A stretch of DNA of 64,000 nt from the human T2T-CHM13v2.0 reference genome, Homo sapiens: assembly GCF_009914755.1 (NCBI RefSeq), contig NC_060938.1; one strand, 5' to 3'. Made by a program: the position numbers and the translations under genes. The notes beneath the pieces were generated by a model. The model was not told the origin of the DNA. It did not search any database and was given only the letters and a program-made list of their open reading frames with translations. Numbering within the stretch: the first letter of the stretch is position 1; every line of letters starts with the position of its first letter. Of the stretch, positions 36,315 to 50,114 are shown in pieces.

Positions 36315-38857
36315 CCCATAGCTAACGTCATTCTCAATGGTGGAAAGTCGAAAGCGTTTCTCCTAGGATCAGGGAGAAGGATGCCCACTCTCACCACTCC
36401 TACTCAACATAGCACTAGAAGTCTTAGCAAGAGAAAGAAACAAAAGGCATTCTAATTGAGGGAAGAAGTGAAATGTCTCTATTTGCGGACAAATTGATCT
36501 TTTATATAGAACGCCCTAAAGGCTCCACAAAAAAACTGTTAGGACATATAAACAAATTAAGATTTCAGGATATAAAATCAACGTACAAAAATCAGTAGCG
36601 TTCTATATACTAATAACAAATATTTAAAAAGTAAATTTCAAAAAAAATCCCATTTACAATAGCAACAAAATAAATAAATACTTAGGTATTAATTTAACCC
36701 AGGAGGTAAAAGACCTGCATACTGAAAACTATAAAATGCTGATGAAAGAAAATGATGAAAACACAAATAAATAGAAATATTTTCCATGTTTATGGGTAGA
36801 AGAAATAATGTTGTGAAAATGTACAAACTACCCAATATGTTCTATAGATTCAGTCCAGCCCTTATCAAATATTCAAGGTCATTTCTTACAGAAATAGAAA
36901 ACACAATCCTTAAATTCATATGGAACTACAAAAGACCTTAAATAGCCAAAACAATCATGAAGGAAAAGAACACAGCTGGAGGCATCACACTCCCTCATTT
37001 TAAACTCTTTTAGCAGTTGCAATTAGTACACCCTAGAATTGGCATAAAAAACAGACAAATCAATCAATGGAACAGGATGGAACACCCAGAAATAATCCCC
37101 CACATTTATGGTCAACTGATTTTTGATGAGGGTGCCAAGAACACACAATGGGGAAAGGAGAGTCTCTCCAACAAATGATGTTGGAAAAACTGCATATCCA
37201 CATGTGAAATAATGAAATTAGACCCTTATCTTATGACATACACAAAAATCCACTTAAAATGGATAAAAGATTTGGCCTGGTGTGGTGGCTCATGCCTGTA
37301 ATAGCAGCAATTTGGAAGGCTGAAACAGGTACATCACCTGAGGTCAGGAGTTTGAGACCAGCCTGGGCAACATGGTGAAACCCCATCTCTACTAAAAATA
37401 GAAAACTTATCCGGGCGTGGTGGCAGGTGCTTGTAATCCCAGCTACTCAGGAGGCTGAGCCATGAGAATCACTTGAACCCAGGAGGCGGAGGTTGCAGTG
37501 AGCCGAGATCACACCACTGCACTCCAGCCTGGGTGGCAGAGTGAGACCCTGTCTCTAAATAAATAAATAAAATTTTAAAAATGGATAAAAGACTTAAATA
37601 TAAAAACTGAAATTCTAAAATGACTAGAAGAAAACATAAGGGAAAGTTCTATAACGTTGGTGTGGACAATAATTTTTTTTGGATAAGACCCTGAAAGCAC
37701 AGGCAATAAAAGCAAAAACACACAAATAAAATGGCTTCAAACTCAAAAGCTTCTGCACAGCAATGGAAACAATCAGCAGAGAGAAGAGACAACCCACAAA
37801 ATGGAGTAAAACATTTGCAAATCATACATCAAATAAGCAGCTAATGTCCAAAATATAAAAGAAACTCAACTCAATAGCAAGAAAACAAATAATTAGATGA
37901 TGTTAAAATGGGCAAAGGACCCAAAGTCCTCAAAAGAAGATTTACAAGTAGCTAGTTGGTACATGAAAAAATGCTCAGCATCTCTAATTATTAGAGAAAT
38001 GCAAATAAAAACCACAATGAGTTATCACCTCACCCCTGTTGGAATGACTATCATCAAAAACATGAAAAATAAATGTTGGAGAGGATGCAGAGGAAAGGGA
38101 ACTCTTATGCGTAGTGGAAATGTAAATTACTACAGCCATTGTGGAAAATGACATGGAGGTTCCTCAAAAAACTGAATATAGAACCAGTAAATGATGCAGT
38201 AATCTCGCTTCTGGGTGTGTATCCAAAGGAACCGAAGGTAGGTCCAAGAGACGTCTGCACATCCATAGTTATTGCAGCCCTATTCATAACAGCCAAGATG
38301 TGGAATCAACCTAAGTGTCCATCCGTGGATGAATGGATAAATGTGGTATATATACAATGGCATACTATTCAGCCTTTCAAAAGAAGGAAATCCTGTCATT
38401 TGTGACAACATGGATGAATCTGGAGGACTTTATGCTGAGAGAAATAAGGTAGGCGCAGAAAGACAAATACCCCATGATCTCACTGGCATGTGAAATCTAA
38501 TAAGGTTGAACTCATAGAAGCAGGAAGTAGAATGATGGTTACCAGAGGCTGACAGGTGCGGGGTGCAGGAAGACAGGGAGTGAGGAGTTGATGATCAAAG
38601 AGAACAAAGTTTCAGATAGACAGAGGGTTGGTGATCCATTGCATAGCAAGGTACTGTAGTCAGTAATGATGTGTCATATATTTCAGAATAACTAAGAGCA
38701 TAAATTTCAATTGTCTCACCATGAAAGAGAACAGGTAAGCAAGGCGATGAATATGTTAGCTTGATCTAATTATTTCATCTTGTATACAATTATCAAAATA
38801 TCACATTGTATCCCACAAACGTATACAGTTATGATTTGTCAATCAAAACAAATGTTA
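36315..38857 (+). mobile_element. 5'-truncated L1MA element (ORF2 RT/C-terminal region and 3'UTR), interrupted by an Alu
   Basis: Contains GGATGCCCACTCTCACCACTCCTACTCAACATAG; remnant peptides such as [26 protein letters not shown]; many stops and frameshifts. Confidence 0.92.
37274..37576 (+). mobile_element. AluS SINE inside the L1
   Basis: Full Alu with (TAAA)n tail; TSD AAAATGGATAAAAGA(T/C)TT. Confidence 0.96.
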
Positions 38858-38863
38858 ACGATA

Positions 38864-39154
38864 TTTTTTGTTCTGAGACAGTCTCACTCTGTTGCCCAGG
38901 CAGGGATGGGGTGGTGCAATCATGGCTCACTGCAGTCTCAATCTCTCAGGCTCAAGTGATCCTCCTGCCTCAGCCTCCTGAGCAGCTGGAACTACAGCCA
39001 CGTGCAACCACACTGGACTAATTTTTTAAATTTTGTGTAGAGATGGGATTTTGCTATGTTGCTCAGGCTGGTCTTGAACTCCTGGACTCAAGCTATCCTC
39101 CATCCTTGGCCTCCCAAATTACTAAGCTTACAGGCAGGGGCCGCTGCATCCAGG
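38864..39154 (-). mobile_element. AluJ SINE
   Basis: Diverged antisense Alu with J-type GGCTCAAGTGATCCTCCTGCC and GAACTCCTGGACTCAAG. Confidence 0.9.
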
Positions 39155-39219
39155 CAACTTTTTTAAAAAAAACTATGTTCTCTGCTGGTTTCTGTGACCT
39201 CGTCACATCATTGTCGTGG

Positions 39220-39705
39220 TCATTGATTCCTGAAGTGTGAACTCTAAATGTCTTTGTCTGGCTCCTAGGACCCTTGTCTACATGCCCACCATTGAATCTC
39301 ATAGGTCCTCCCCTCACACCTTGCTTTTCGGTTGTGCAAACCACTTATCAATTCCCAAAGAGGCTGAGCACACTCTAATCTTTCCTTTTCTGCCCAGATC
39401 CCTCCCCGCTAATGCTGATTAACCATTTTCCACCTTTCAAAATTCAAGACAAATGTCTCCTCCTCTGTGACAGAATTCTGGGCCACCGTCAGTGCCTTCC
39501 TCTTGCCTGACAAATATCTTGTCACACTTCAGTTTCTACACTTGCTATACCTATGTGTTCATATGTCTATTACAACCTCCTCTCCATGCAAATGGAAGGC
39601 CCTGGATCTGGGTTCTCTGTACTTTTGTACACCGAGAGCCCAGCACAGTGTCTGGCAATTAGTTGGTACGAAATAACAAAATATGGCAAAACAAATAAAT
39701 AAAAT
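39220..39705 (+). mobile_element. L2 3' fragment
   Basis: Contains GAGCCCAGCACAGTGTCTGGCAATTAGTTGGTAC..AATAAATAAAAT. Confidence 0.6.
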
Positions 39706-42700
39706 ACATGATTTAAAAGCAGACAATGTAATTGTCATTTGAACAAGTTCTCCAACTTTATTCTATTACCTTTAAATTCTCTTTTTCCTTTCTTCCCCAT
39801 CCTTGCAAATGAAAAGATCCATGTACTATCAACCTTCCTCTCAAGGCTTGGGGTTTTAATGAGTCAAGGTAATAAATTTACCTGTTTTGGAGAGGAAAGA
39901 GCTGAGACAGAGAGGCTAAGTAACTTACCCGAGTAGGAGCTGCGACCTAAAGTCTGTATTTCTGACACTGCACTGATCCTAACCCAGGCAGTGAAGGTCC
40001 AGGGAAGTGAAATAAGACACACTGGACCATGACGATACATGGGAGGGAAATCTGTGAAAGACAGAGAAACAGAGCTTAGTGCCCAGGGTGGGATCTTAGG
40101 CTATTCTGGGTGATGGTGAGTGGGCAGGCCAGCAGCATTAAAGCAGCAGTAGGAGGCAGGGATGGGACCCTCGCCATAACCCGCCTCTAAGGGAACTCAC
40201 TGCAGGGTGAGCATGGCCCAGCAGTCACCCGTCAGGCAGGTGTAGCAGATATTTTGCATGACTCTGATGCACTGCTTCCATTTTTTTAAGGGAGTGGTTG
40301 ACTCACAGTCGGTATACCGGGGGTGACCCAGGCTCTGGTCTGCCGCAGTAACACTGGTCACATGCTCCCCGGAGCGCAATGGTAGCTGGTTGAGCATCCT
40401 CACCAATTACGGTTACCTGCTTCTCATTCTCACGGACACACAGGCTTCTGACAACTTTTCCGATTGCACAAGATCATTTTTGAGGCTTCATTCCCTCCCC
40501 CACAGTAAAGAACAGACCCTAAATCCTCAGCTTGGTCTAAAAAAAGTATTCTAAAATACGTACATTGATTTTTTCAACTGAATGTTTTCAACTAAATCAA
40601 CTCAATGGAAAGTGAAAAGGGAATTTTTGTTTGTTCAATAGTTTGCCCAAAGGATTGTATCATTTCTTTAAAGTAAATTTTAGTCAAAAAGTAGGTTTAT
40701 ATAAAATTCTAACAAAGTTGCTTTCTTCTGGAAAAAACAAGTCCTGTAAAATACTGTGTATTTATATATAAAATAACAGATAATATATACTATATATATA
40801 TGTATATCACACCGTATAATATGTACTATATGTATATAAATATTTTATAAGGAGAATTTTATTCCTATGACATAATGGTGTTACAATTTTGAAAACCAGA
40901 AGTAGGGCCTAACAATGTGTTAAAAATATTTGCACTAAGTGTTAATTGATGCATTAATGTCATTTTCATCTTTCCCCAACAAATATTTAACATTCAATAC
41001 TTATACATATCCCCTGGTAAATGAACTTTCTTATTTGCCAGCAAAGGTCCTTAGAAAAATAGACTGAAAAGAAATAACTTCTATCTAAAGATGTTTCAAA
41101 AGCTTCACACAACTTACAGAATGGATAAAAATGTCCCATAACTTACAAGGGTAAATTAGCATGTGAAGGGTAAATATCATTTTACTTTAATGTCTCTCAA
41201 AAATCAAAATCTTTCCTTACCATAATTCTTAACCTAAAAAGCAATTAATAAGCAATGTTTTATAATGTTTCTGTATCTTGGGTGTGCCTGGGGAACTATT
41301 TGTGTTCTTCTTAACTGAGCTGTATAAGCAAGTAAAAAGCTGCTCTGAGAAATCATTCGGGTTTTGAAACCAAAATGATTATTAGATTAGGTCAGAGAGA
41401 TCCACAGCCAAATTTATCACGCTCATATGTCTCTTTTTATCTGCCAAATATAATTGCTTGTTATTTGTCTTTTTAAAATATAAAATAAAGTTCAGTGCGC
41501 AAATAAAAATTCAATGCAGCTCAATACATGAAAGTTGTTTTTACAGCGATTCAAATCAAAGCCATCCTGTCCAATCCCGCTCTCATTTAGAAAGGTTTCC
41601 ATTGGAGCAGAAAGGTGGTAATGGCTGACAGCCAATCTGCAGTGGAAAAAATGCAAGCCTGTGACCTAGAAGGCACTGGTGTTCAAAGTCCTAATTACTC
41701 AGATGTCAGAAGTACAAGATTACAGGCTTTTATAATGTCAAGATAATTAAGATAGTTTGCAAAATTGCACCTGGTAAATTCTAAATTCAAGTGACCCCAG
41801 TGGTCTGCAAAAGAATATAAAGATGTCCTTGGTAGCCTTCTGCCTGTATCTCAGTGGTACTCTCTTCCTGACTTTATCTCAGTGGCACTCTCTTTCTGTC
41901 CCTAATAATGCACACTGTGATCCCAAACCTGTACCTGTGAGTCGAGATGAACAAGATGGTGCACCAGCTCATGGGCTTCTGAGAAGAAAAGGAAAACAGG
42001 AGCCTGTCCCCATCCCACACTGTGCTGGAGACTTTCTTAGACACTGAACCACACTTCCACCCATTGTGTTGAAGACAAGAATACGGGGAGCCAGAGACGC
42101 TGAGGAAACGTGCCCAAGCCGGCGGCAAAGCTGAGATTTGCAGCAGCCCCATTAGTCTAGTAGACTCTGACTGACATCAGCTGAGGCCAGATTTAAAGAG
42201 ATGAGCATTCATGGGAGCATCTGTTATTTTGTCACACCCTCCCTAACTCGGTTTTAAATAAACAACTCAAGTGAAAAGGGGCAATATTATATGAATAACT
42301 ATCATATTACATTATTTGTATCAGAAGACGCTTTTGTTTTCCTCATATATTCTTGATGTCACATGACTTCAGGCCTTTATGCAAAATGTACAACTGCCAC
42401 TGTTAAAGTATGTGCTGAAATTACAACGATTACCCTCTCACATCGACCCCCACCCATATGGGCTGGCCCACCCTATAAGATGCATTGTCATTAGTTATAA
42501 ACTGAACACTCATTAGAGCTGACAAAATGTTGAACAGCAAGGTATCAAGAATTCCCTGTCATTATTTGAGGTTAAATTGTCCAAAGTGACTCAGCGCAAG
42601 GGAGAATAGGTGTATTGCTGGGACACTTTTTGTATTTCAGACTCAAAATTCTCTTGAAAGAAATACAACTCGAACTTAGCTCATCATATCAAGAGCCAGA

Positions 42701-42889
42701 TCACATAATCCTTCTCACTGAATAAAATCAGATGGGTCTGACAATGAGGTTGGAAGCTTTGCCAAGAGCTTTTGCTGTATGTTTCTCGAGGAGTGAGAGA
42801 GAGAGAGAAAGAGGATGCAACCTGAAGTTCAGGAGCAGCTATCACCACACAGTCAGCTCCTCCTGAATCCCAGCACCTCGAGGATTAGA

Positions 42890-43155
42890 GGGTCCTGTTC
42901 AACACAGTAGCCACTAGGCACCTGTGGGTATTGCCCACGTGAAATGGGCTGGTTCCAACTGAGGTCAGCTGCAAGTGCAAACTATGTCCTGGATTTCACA
43001 GATTTAGAGTGGAAAAGAATGCAAACTCTCTTATTACGTGTTTAATTGATGATTTGTTGACGTGAGATTTGGATATATCGAAGTAAGTAAAACGTATTAT
43101 TAAAATTAATTCCACCTGTTTGTGTTTTACTTTTTTAATGAAGCCACTAAAGACA
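42890..43155. mobile_element. MER33-like hAT-Charlie element
   Basis: Contains GTAGCCACTAGGCACCTGTGG..TTATTAAAATTAATTCCACCTGTTT..TTACTTTTTTAATG..GCCACTA. Confidence 0.75.
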
Positions 43156-43164
43156 ACTTACCCA

Positions 43165-43670
43165 TATGTTCCAAATAATTGAAAGTAGGATCTTGAAGAG
43201 GCATTTTCATGTCCATGTTCATAGCAGCATTGCTCACAAAAGCCAGATTTTCAATAGCTGAATGGATAAGCAAAATAAGGTCTATCTGCATAATGAAACC
43301 TCATTCAGCCATAAAAGATAATGAAGTACTAATACATCCTACAACATGCATGAACCTTAATAACATCGTGGTAGGTGAAAGACGTCAGTCACAAAAGACC
43401 ACATACTCTATGATTCCATTCACATGAAAATCCAGAATGGAGGGGTCCACAGAGACAGAAAGGAGGTAAATGGTTTCTTAGCCATGGGGATGAGAAGATG
43501 GGGCCATTTGGAAAGAGTTCTAGGTTTCTTTTTGAGGTGATAAAAATGTTCTAAAATTGACTGTGGTGATGTTTGCACCTACTTGTGAATATATTGAAAA
43601 CCATTGAGTCATACAGTTTAAGTGGGTGAGTTGTATGGAATGTGAATTATATCTCAACGAAGTTGTTTTT
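43165..43670 (+). mobile_element. L1MB 3' end fragment
   Basis: Contains CCATGTTCATAGCAGCATTGCTCACAA..GGTGATAAAAATGTTCTAAAATTGA..GTGAATTATATCTCAA. Confidence 0.85.
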
Positions 43671-45921
43671 TTTTTTCTTAAAAAAAAAAAGAAAACTCTC
43701 AGGAAACTGATGGAAAGTTGAGAGAAGAGAATTTCAGGCAGAGAGAGTGGCACTTGCAAATAGGATCTGCTGTGAAGGAACAGATTTGTTCTCTCCCCTT
43801 GGATGGTGCTCCATGTCTCTGTCCTTAATTAAGACCCAGTCCAGGCTTTCATTGGGCCCCATGGCACTGGCATGGGACAAAGCTCTCCAGGCCTGTCTTG
43901 CCCAAAACACTGCTCGTACAACCCTTTATTGTGCATGCATGCAGACTCACTGAAGCTTCTACTGGAAGAAACAGAAAAACTACCACATAACAGGAAGACA
44001 GGGTAAAAAAAAAGTGCTCCTGGTGGAACACATTAACTTGCTAGTGATAATTAACCTTGTTATTAAGAGCCACAGTAATTATTACACAAAAATAATGTAA
44101 CCATGCAAAGTAACAAATCAAATGGACATGTTTGTAAAAATGAGGATTGAGGAAGATTTTTTCTTACTGAACTGCATAAAAGATGTTGCATTTGAAGCAT
44201 CAGAAAGTATTTCTCCACCAACAGCATCTCAAAAAAGTCAGAAATCTGACGAATACCATTCCCTTAAAGAACCAGACACTTTGCATGATTGCCTTTTACA
44301 GCCCTCACTGAGGCTGGAGACTTGCACAACTGAATCAAAAGAGATGGCTCAACTGCTCCAGGGAAAGGGAACTTTTGCCCTCTGATTCACTTAAAAAGCA
44401 GAATGATGGACAAGCCGACCTGCTCAGCCTGCAGGTGAGGGAGGGAATCCGAGCCGCTGGCACAGAGAGGAAAACCACACTGTTAGGTGTCCAGTTCACT
44501 TCATGTGCTCGCACCAGGGTGACGACAGCAGGCCTCACCCCAAAACGCAGAAATGCTAGCATGCTGTTCCCCTAAAAAGGAGCTGAAGAGTACATGATAC
44601 AAACAGCACCTGCCATGTAACCCTCAAAAACATGAGGAAAATTACATGACACTTGTCAGTACTTTTTGTTGATTCAAATATCTGTGGATTTATTACGAAA
44701 TTTGTTGACTAATCCCTCAGGTAGTAAAGAAGTCATAAAAACCTGAAGGCTATTATACAGCCTTTCCCACATTTTCAAATGTGTCCTGACCTCGACCAGG
44801 AATATTCTAGGGTCTGAAATGGTGATTTATGTGATCCTATAAAGTGACGTAATGAGACTGGCTATTAGCATATGTTCAAATACGTTCAAAGCCAGAACCT
44901 GGACATGCGATGTAGTGTTTAGGGCCTAATGAAGTAGACCCGATTGATCTTTCACAATTTCGAGAAGCAGGCAGGCGGCTCAGGGCAGGTAAGCAGCTCC
45001 ACTGCATGAAGTCATCTAGGGCTCTGATACCCTTGACATTGCACTGGCTTTCCTCGGGATGTTCTAATCGTCCATGCCGTCGATACTGACTCCCCACCAC
45101 ACCCATGCTTAATCCTATGAGAAGAGAAACCGAGCCCCAAATCCCTCCTTTTAAGGGCCTTTCACTGCTGGGGGACTTAGATACATGGTCCAGCTTTTTC
45201 ACTGGGGAGGCTGGGATATGCAGTCTCCAGCAGGCAGCCATATGCCCAACCAAAGCTCAGGAGAATGGGGCTTCTGAGTTTAAGGCAGACAGGGGAAGGG
45301 GCAGCAGAGGACAGTTAATGTTGCCATGCCTGACTTAGCAAAGCAGTTGTGTGTTTCTCCTTAGCACAGAAGGCTATGTGCTTTGAAATGATTGGATTTT
45401 CAAAGTCATTTGACCATTTTCTAACTCCTCTCCATCACTTCCTGTGCATTCTATAATTTCTCACCCTATCCCATTTTCCCAAACTTTTCCTCTGCATCCT
45501 GCTCGTATATATCAGCTCCCTAAATCCTCTCTTGCATACTGTAGTTCCTCTTTAAAAATTCTCTTCACCCCTAGCTATCAGCGAGCATGACTTTCCCAGC
45601 CTCCTTCTCCACAGGAATGTTTTTCCTCCCATATTGTACATAAGCCATGGCCTGCAGGTGGGGCAAGCACGCCCTTACTCCCACTGCTGTATTCACACGA
45701 TATCTCCTTCTTTCTCCTCCAAAAGCCTCCAATTCCTTTGGAGCACACGCCATCTGACTACACCACCTGCGTTTCCCTGCCATCTTCAGACCCCCCACGT
45801 TCTTTCCTTCATCCACCACGGACTTCAGCGGCTGGCTCCATCTTCATCTCTACCTACTCTTGTTACCATTTTCAGTGACTTCAGCTTGCGCGTAGATAAT
45901 CCACTGAGCAGTGAGCTCTCA

Positions 45922-46356
<435 letters not shown>

Positions 46357-46636
46357 TCATTCTCCTACTAAGCCTTATCTTTCCAGCTCATTTACTCTGT
46401 GCTGCCTACTCCAACCATTTTCAACATTGTAAACCACAAATCCATTGACCTTAAAATGTTTTTATTATCTGTCATCCCCTCCTGGTCTTACTTTGAACTT
46501 TCCCACTTTGGGGTCCAGGGCCCATCATTATAATCACGTTATTCAATTTGATAAACTATAACCACAAACTTTGTTTCCATTGAATTCACACAGCAAAGCA
46601 ATAACCTATTCAAACCAACTATTCACCTACTCAGCG

Positions 46637-47158
46637 CTGTTAACAAAAGATCATGAAATCTGCAGAGGAAAAAGGAAGAGCTTTGTTCTCTATAAAACAG
46701 TCAAAAAAAAAAAAAGACAAAAAAAACTCCCGCAGACTGGGGAAGCACAAATGAAAGTGTGTGCACCGAAGAACAAAGGAAGGGTTTATGGCTCAAATAG
46801 GAAAAGTTTTCTCCCAGGTTCTCTGTCACGTCTGTTTATGCAAATGTAGGATTCACGTGTGTTCAGTTCTTATGGGTTGAGATAGCCAAGCCCTGACTGG
46901 GTGGCTTCCCATCCCAACATTAGAAGTGCCTTTGTCAGGTGTTTTCTTTTAAAATGGCCAATGGGGTGGAGGTGAGGAGTCTAGCCACTGTTTTTCTTGG
47001 CTCTGGTCACAGAAAGCACATGAAGTAGGATGTTTGTGAAGAGATGGTTCTCCTCTCACCACCCCCTATGGCCGCTTGAATCTGTTATCTAAATTTGGGT
47101 GTCTCCATTAGTCACCAGGAGCCCATTTCCTCCGGAGAGCTTGAGGTCCCATTTACAA
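46637..47158 (-). mobile_element. Probable ERV LTR (MER31/MER67-like; family uncertain)
   Basis: TG...CA-bounded segment of about 520 bp with TTTATGCAAAT and LTR-like composition, interrupting the L2. Confidence 0.4.
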
Positions 47159-48633
47159 TTCTATTTCACTGCACCATCAGCCAGTAGCTGAAGAAAATCA
47201 CAAAGCCATAGTGACTGTCCACACTCTAAACTCAAGGTCACAAATCTGAAACACATACTTATCACCATCCAGAGGTTCTGCTACACTTCCCTTCTAAACA
47301 AAACTCCAGTATCCAAGACATCCAAGTATTTCACACTTTCTTTATGCTGCTGAAGCCTCCAATATTTCTTCTTCTTCCTTCTCTATAGAGAAGAGATAGA
47401 GGAATTCCATCTCCCCTCCACCAACTCCAACCTTCCAAGAGGATGGAAGCAACGTCAAGGTGTTCCCATTCCTGTCTCAAGGCAACACCTCCCCCAGCAC
47501 TCGGGACCTCACCAGCTCTCAAGGCACAAAGGCTTTGTGCTTCAGCTGTTTTCCGCTCTCTCCTCTGCACCATCATAATGTCATCCACACAAGAGAATTC
47601 TCACCAACACACTAACCAACTCCAAGATATCCTTCCCTCTGAAACCCTGCCCTGAGCCAGTGTCTTTCTAGCTCTTTTCCTCATTTCCACTCCCTTGAAT
47701 TTCATTCTCTTCCTCCCATTCTTGTCAGTGTCCTTCCCCACCACTCCCATAAAGCTCCTTTTATCATCGCCACCAGTGGCCTTCATGTTTCCAAACATGG
47801 TGATTCATTTTCTTTCTTTCTGCCGAATATGGTGATTCGTTTTCTTTCAGCAGCAGCCGACAGACCTGAGAATGCTTGTTGAGGCATTTCCTTCTATCAG
47901 CTTCCCTGCCACCTTCTCCTGTCAATCCCCTTGCTTCTCTGGCTACTCCTCAGTCTTCTCTGAGGGCTTCGGCTTCTCTGCCAGACTTCTAAACCCTGAT
48001 GTTTGTCCTGGGCCTCCTCCCTTCTCTCTCTATCCTCCCTATCTCTACTTAAGCTAAGTTGGGTCATGCTTTCAAATACTATCATCCCTAAGTGCATGAG
48101 TTCCAAATTTATATTTTCTAGTCCTGACTAGCCATAGATTCCTAATAAGCCTCTGAAACTTAACACATCCAAAACATTAAATCCAAGAAAATAGAACTAT
48201 CCACCCAGTTGCTTCAGCCAAAAGTCTAGAAGTCCCATTGTTTCCCCCTCACTTCCCACAATCAGCTCACCAGCTGAATCCACCCTCTTCTCTCTCACAC
48301 CATTGCATCACCCAGTCTAACTCATGAACCATTTCCTCAAGTACTGTAATGACTTCTTAACTGTTTCTGTTTTTGCCCACTTATAATCCCTTTTCCACAG
48401 AGGAAACACAATAATCTATTTTAGGTATAAATAAAAGCAAGTCATTCTTTGGTTAAGCCTTCCAGTAGCTTCCCATTCCTCTTGGATAAAATTCAAACTC
48501 CTTACTATGTTCCACAAAGCCCTGTATTATCTGGCTCTTGTTTATCTTTCTATTTTTATCTCCTGCCACACTCTGCCTGGCTTACCGCATCTGCGTCACA
48601 TTGACCTTCTGTGAGTATTTCAAATGCTCTTCA

Positions 48634-49059
48634 TTCCTCACCACAATCCAAGCTCCTCTCCTTGCCTGTTCCTCACCACACTCCAAGCTTCTCTCCTTGC
48701 CTGTTCCTCACCACACTCCAAGCTCCTCTCCTTGCCTGTTCCTCACCACACTCCAAGCTTCTCTCCTTGCCTGTTCCTCACCACACTCCAAGCTTCTCTC
48801 CTTGCCTGTTCCTCACCACACTCCAAGCTTCTCTCCTTGCCTGTTCCTCACCACACTCCAAGCTTCTCTCCAAGCCTGTTCCTCACCACACTCCAAGCTT
48901 CTCTCCTTGCCTGTTCCTCACCACACTCCAAGCTTCTCTCCTTGCCTGTTCCTCACCACACTCCAAGCTTCTCTCCTTGCCTGTTCCTCACCACACTCCA
49001 AGCTTCTCTCCAAGCCTGTTCCTCACCACACTCCAAGCTTCTCTCCTTGCCTGTTCCTC
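48634..49059. repeat. 35-bp minisatellite, about 12 units
   Basis: Unit TTCCTCACCACACTCCAAGCTTCTCTCCTTGCCTG; variant CCAAGCCTG in two units. Confidence 0.97.
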
Positions 49060-49751
49060 CATCTGAAATGCTGTTCCCCTAGACAGCATTTATATCTTTA
49101 TATCTGTCTCCTCCATGTTTAACAATTTTATGGATTTTTATTTGAAATTCACATTAATATTGATGACATTAAAGTACATATAAATTCATATCCATATTGT
49201 ATTTAGATCAATGATGAGTTTATATAAATGTAAATTTTAGTTCCAACAATTTGGGTCATCTGTGAATACAAGTATGTTTAATATAAAATTTATTTTAATA
49301 TAAAAAAGCTATTGATAATGTCATATAGATTGGAAATTTTAAACTCTATTGATGAACATTGAGTCTCTTTTCACTTAAATGTTATATTGCATAAATCAAA
49401 CACTTTGTCAAAACAAAGCAATAAATGAACAGACAGGTAGGTGATAATTTCTGGCAGTGACAAAGCTATGTAAAAATCTAACAGTGTAAAGTGATGTGGC
49501 AGGTATGCGAAGGCATCTAATTTAAGTAAAATCAGCAAGAAGGATCTCAGAAGAGATGGCGCTGGAGTCATGTTCTCAAGTAGAGATGAGCGTGTTTTGA
49601 AATGATATGGTCAGAGCCTCACGTGATTTGAATACTATTTCTTACATATCTACTGGTGAGTTTCAGAGGCAAGCAAGAACTTGAATGAGAGTACATTAGA
49701 AAACTAATTATATTTCAAGAATATTTTACAAATGGTTTGAGGTAGGCTTAG

Positions 49752-50114
49752 TGATATGGTTTGGCTGTGTTCCCACCCAATTCTCACCTTGAATTGTAAT
49801 AATCCCCGCACATTAGCCACCTGGTGGGGCCAGGTGGAGATAATTGAATCATGGGGGCCATTTCCTCCCATAGTGTTCCCGTGGTAGTGAATAAGTCTCA
49901 TGAGATCTGATGGTTTTATAGAGGGGAATTTCCCTGCACAAGCTCTCTGTTGCCTGCTGCCATGTAAGATGTGTCCTTCTTCCTCTTCACTTTCTGCCAT
50001 GATTGTGAGGCCTCCTCAGCCATGTGGAACTGTGAGCCAATTAAACCTCCTTCCTTTGTAAATTACCCAGTCCCAGGTATGTCTTTATTAGCAGTATGAG
50101 AACGAACTAATACA
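49752..50114 (+). mobile_element. THE1 (MaLR) solo LTR
   Basis: TGATATGGTTTGGCTGTG ... GAACTAATACA; 5-bp TSD CTTAG. Confidence 0.95.

Noticed and set aside
35614-36321. 169-235 aa ORFs as a gene
   Set aside because: Translation of the 61-bp VNTR; no splice or homology support.
40197-40406. 69-aa minus-strand ORF
   Set aside because: No recognisable homology and no matching acceptor; kept only as a regulatory candidate.
48538-49122. 151-194 aa ORFs in three frames
   Set aside because: Translation of a stop-free 35-bp tandem repeat.
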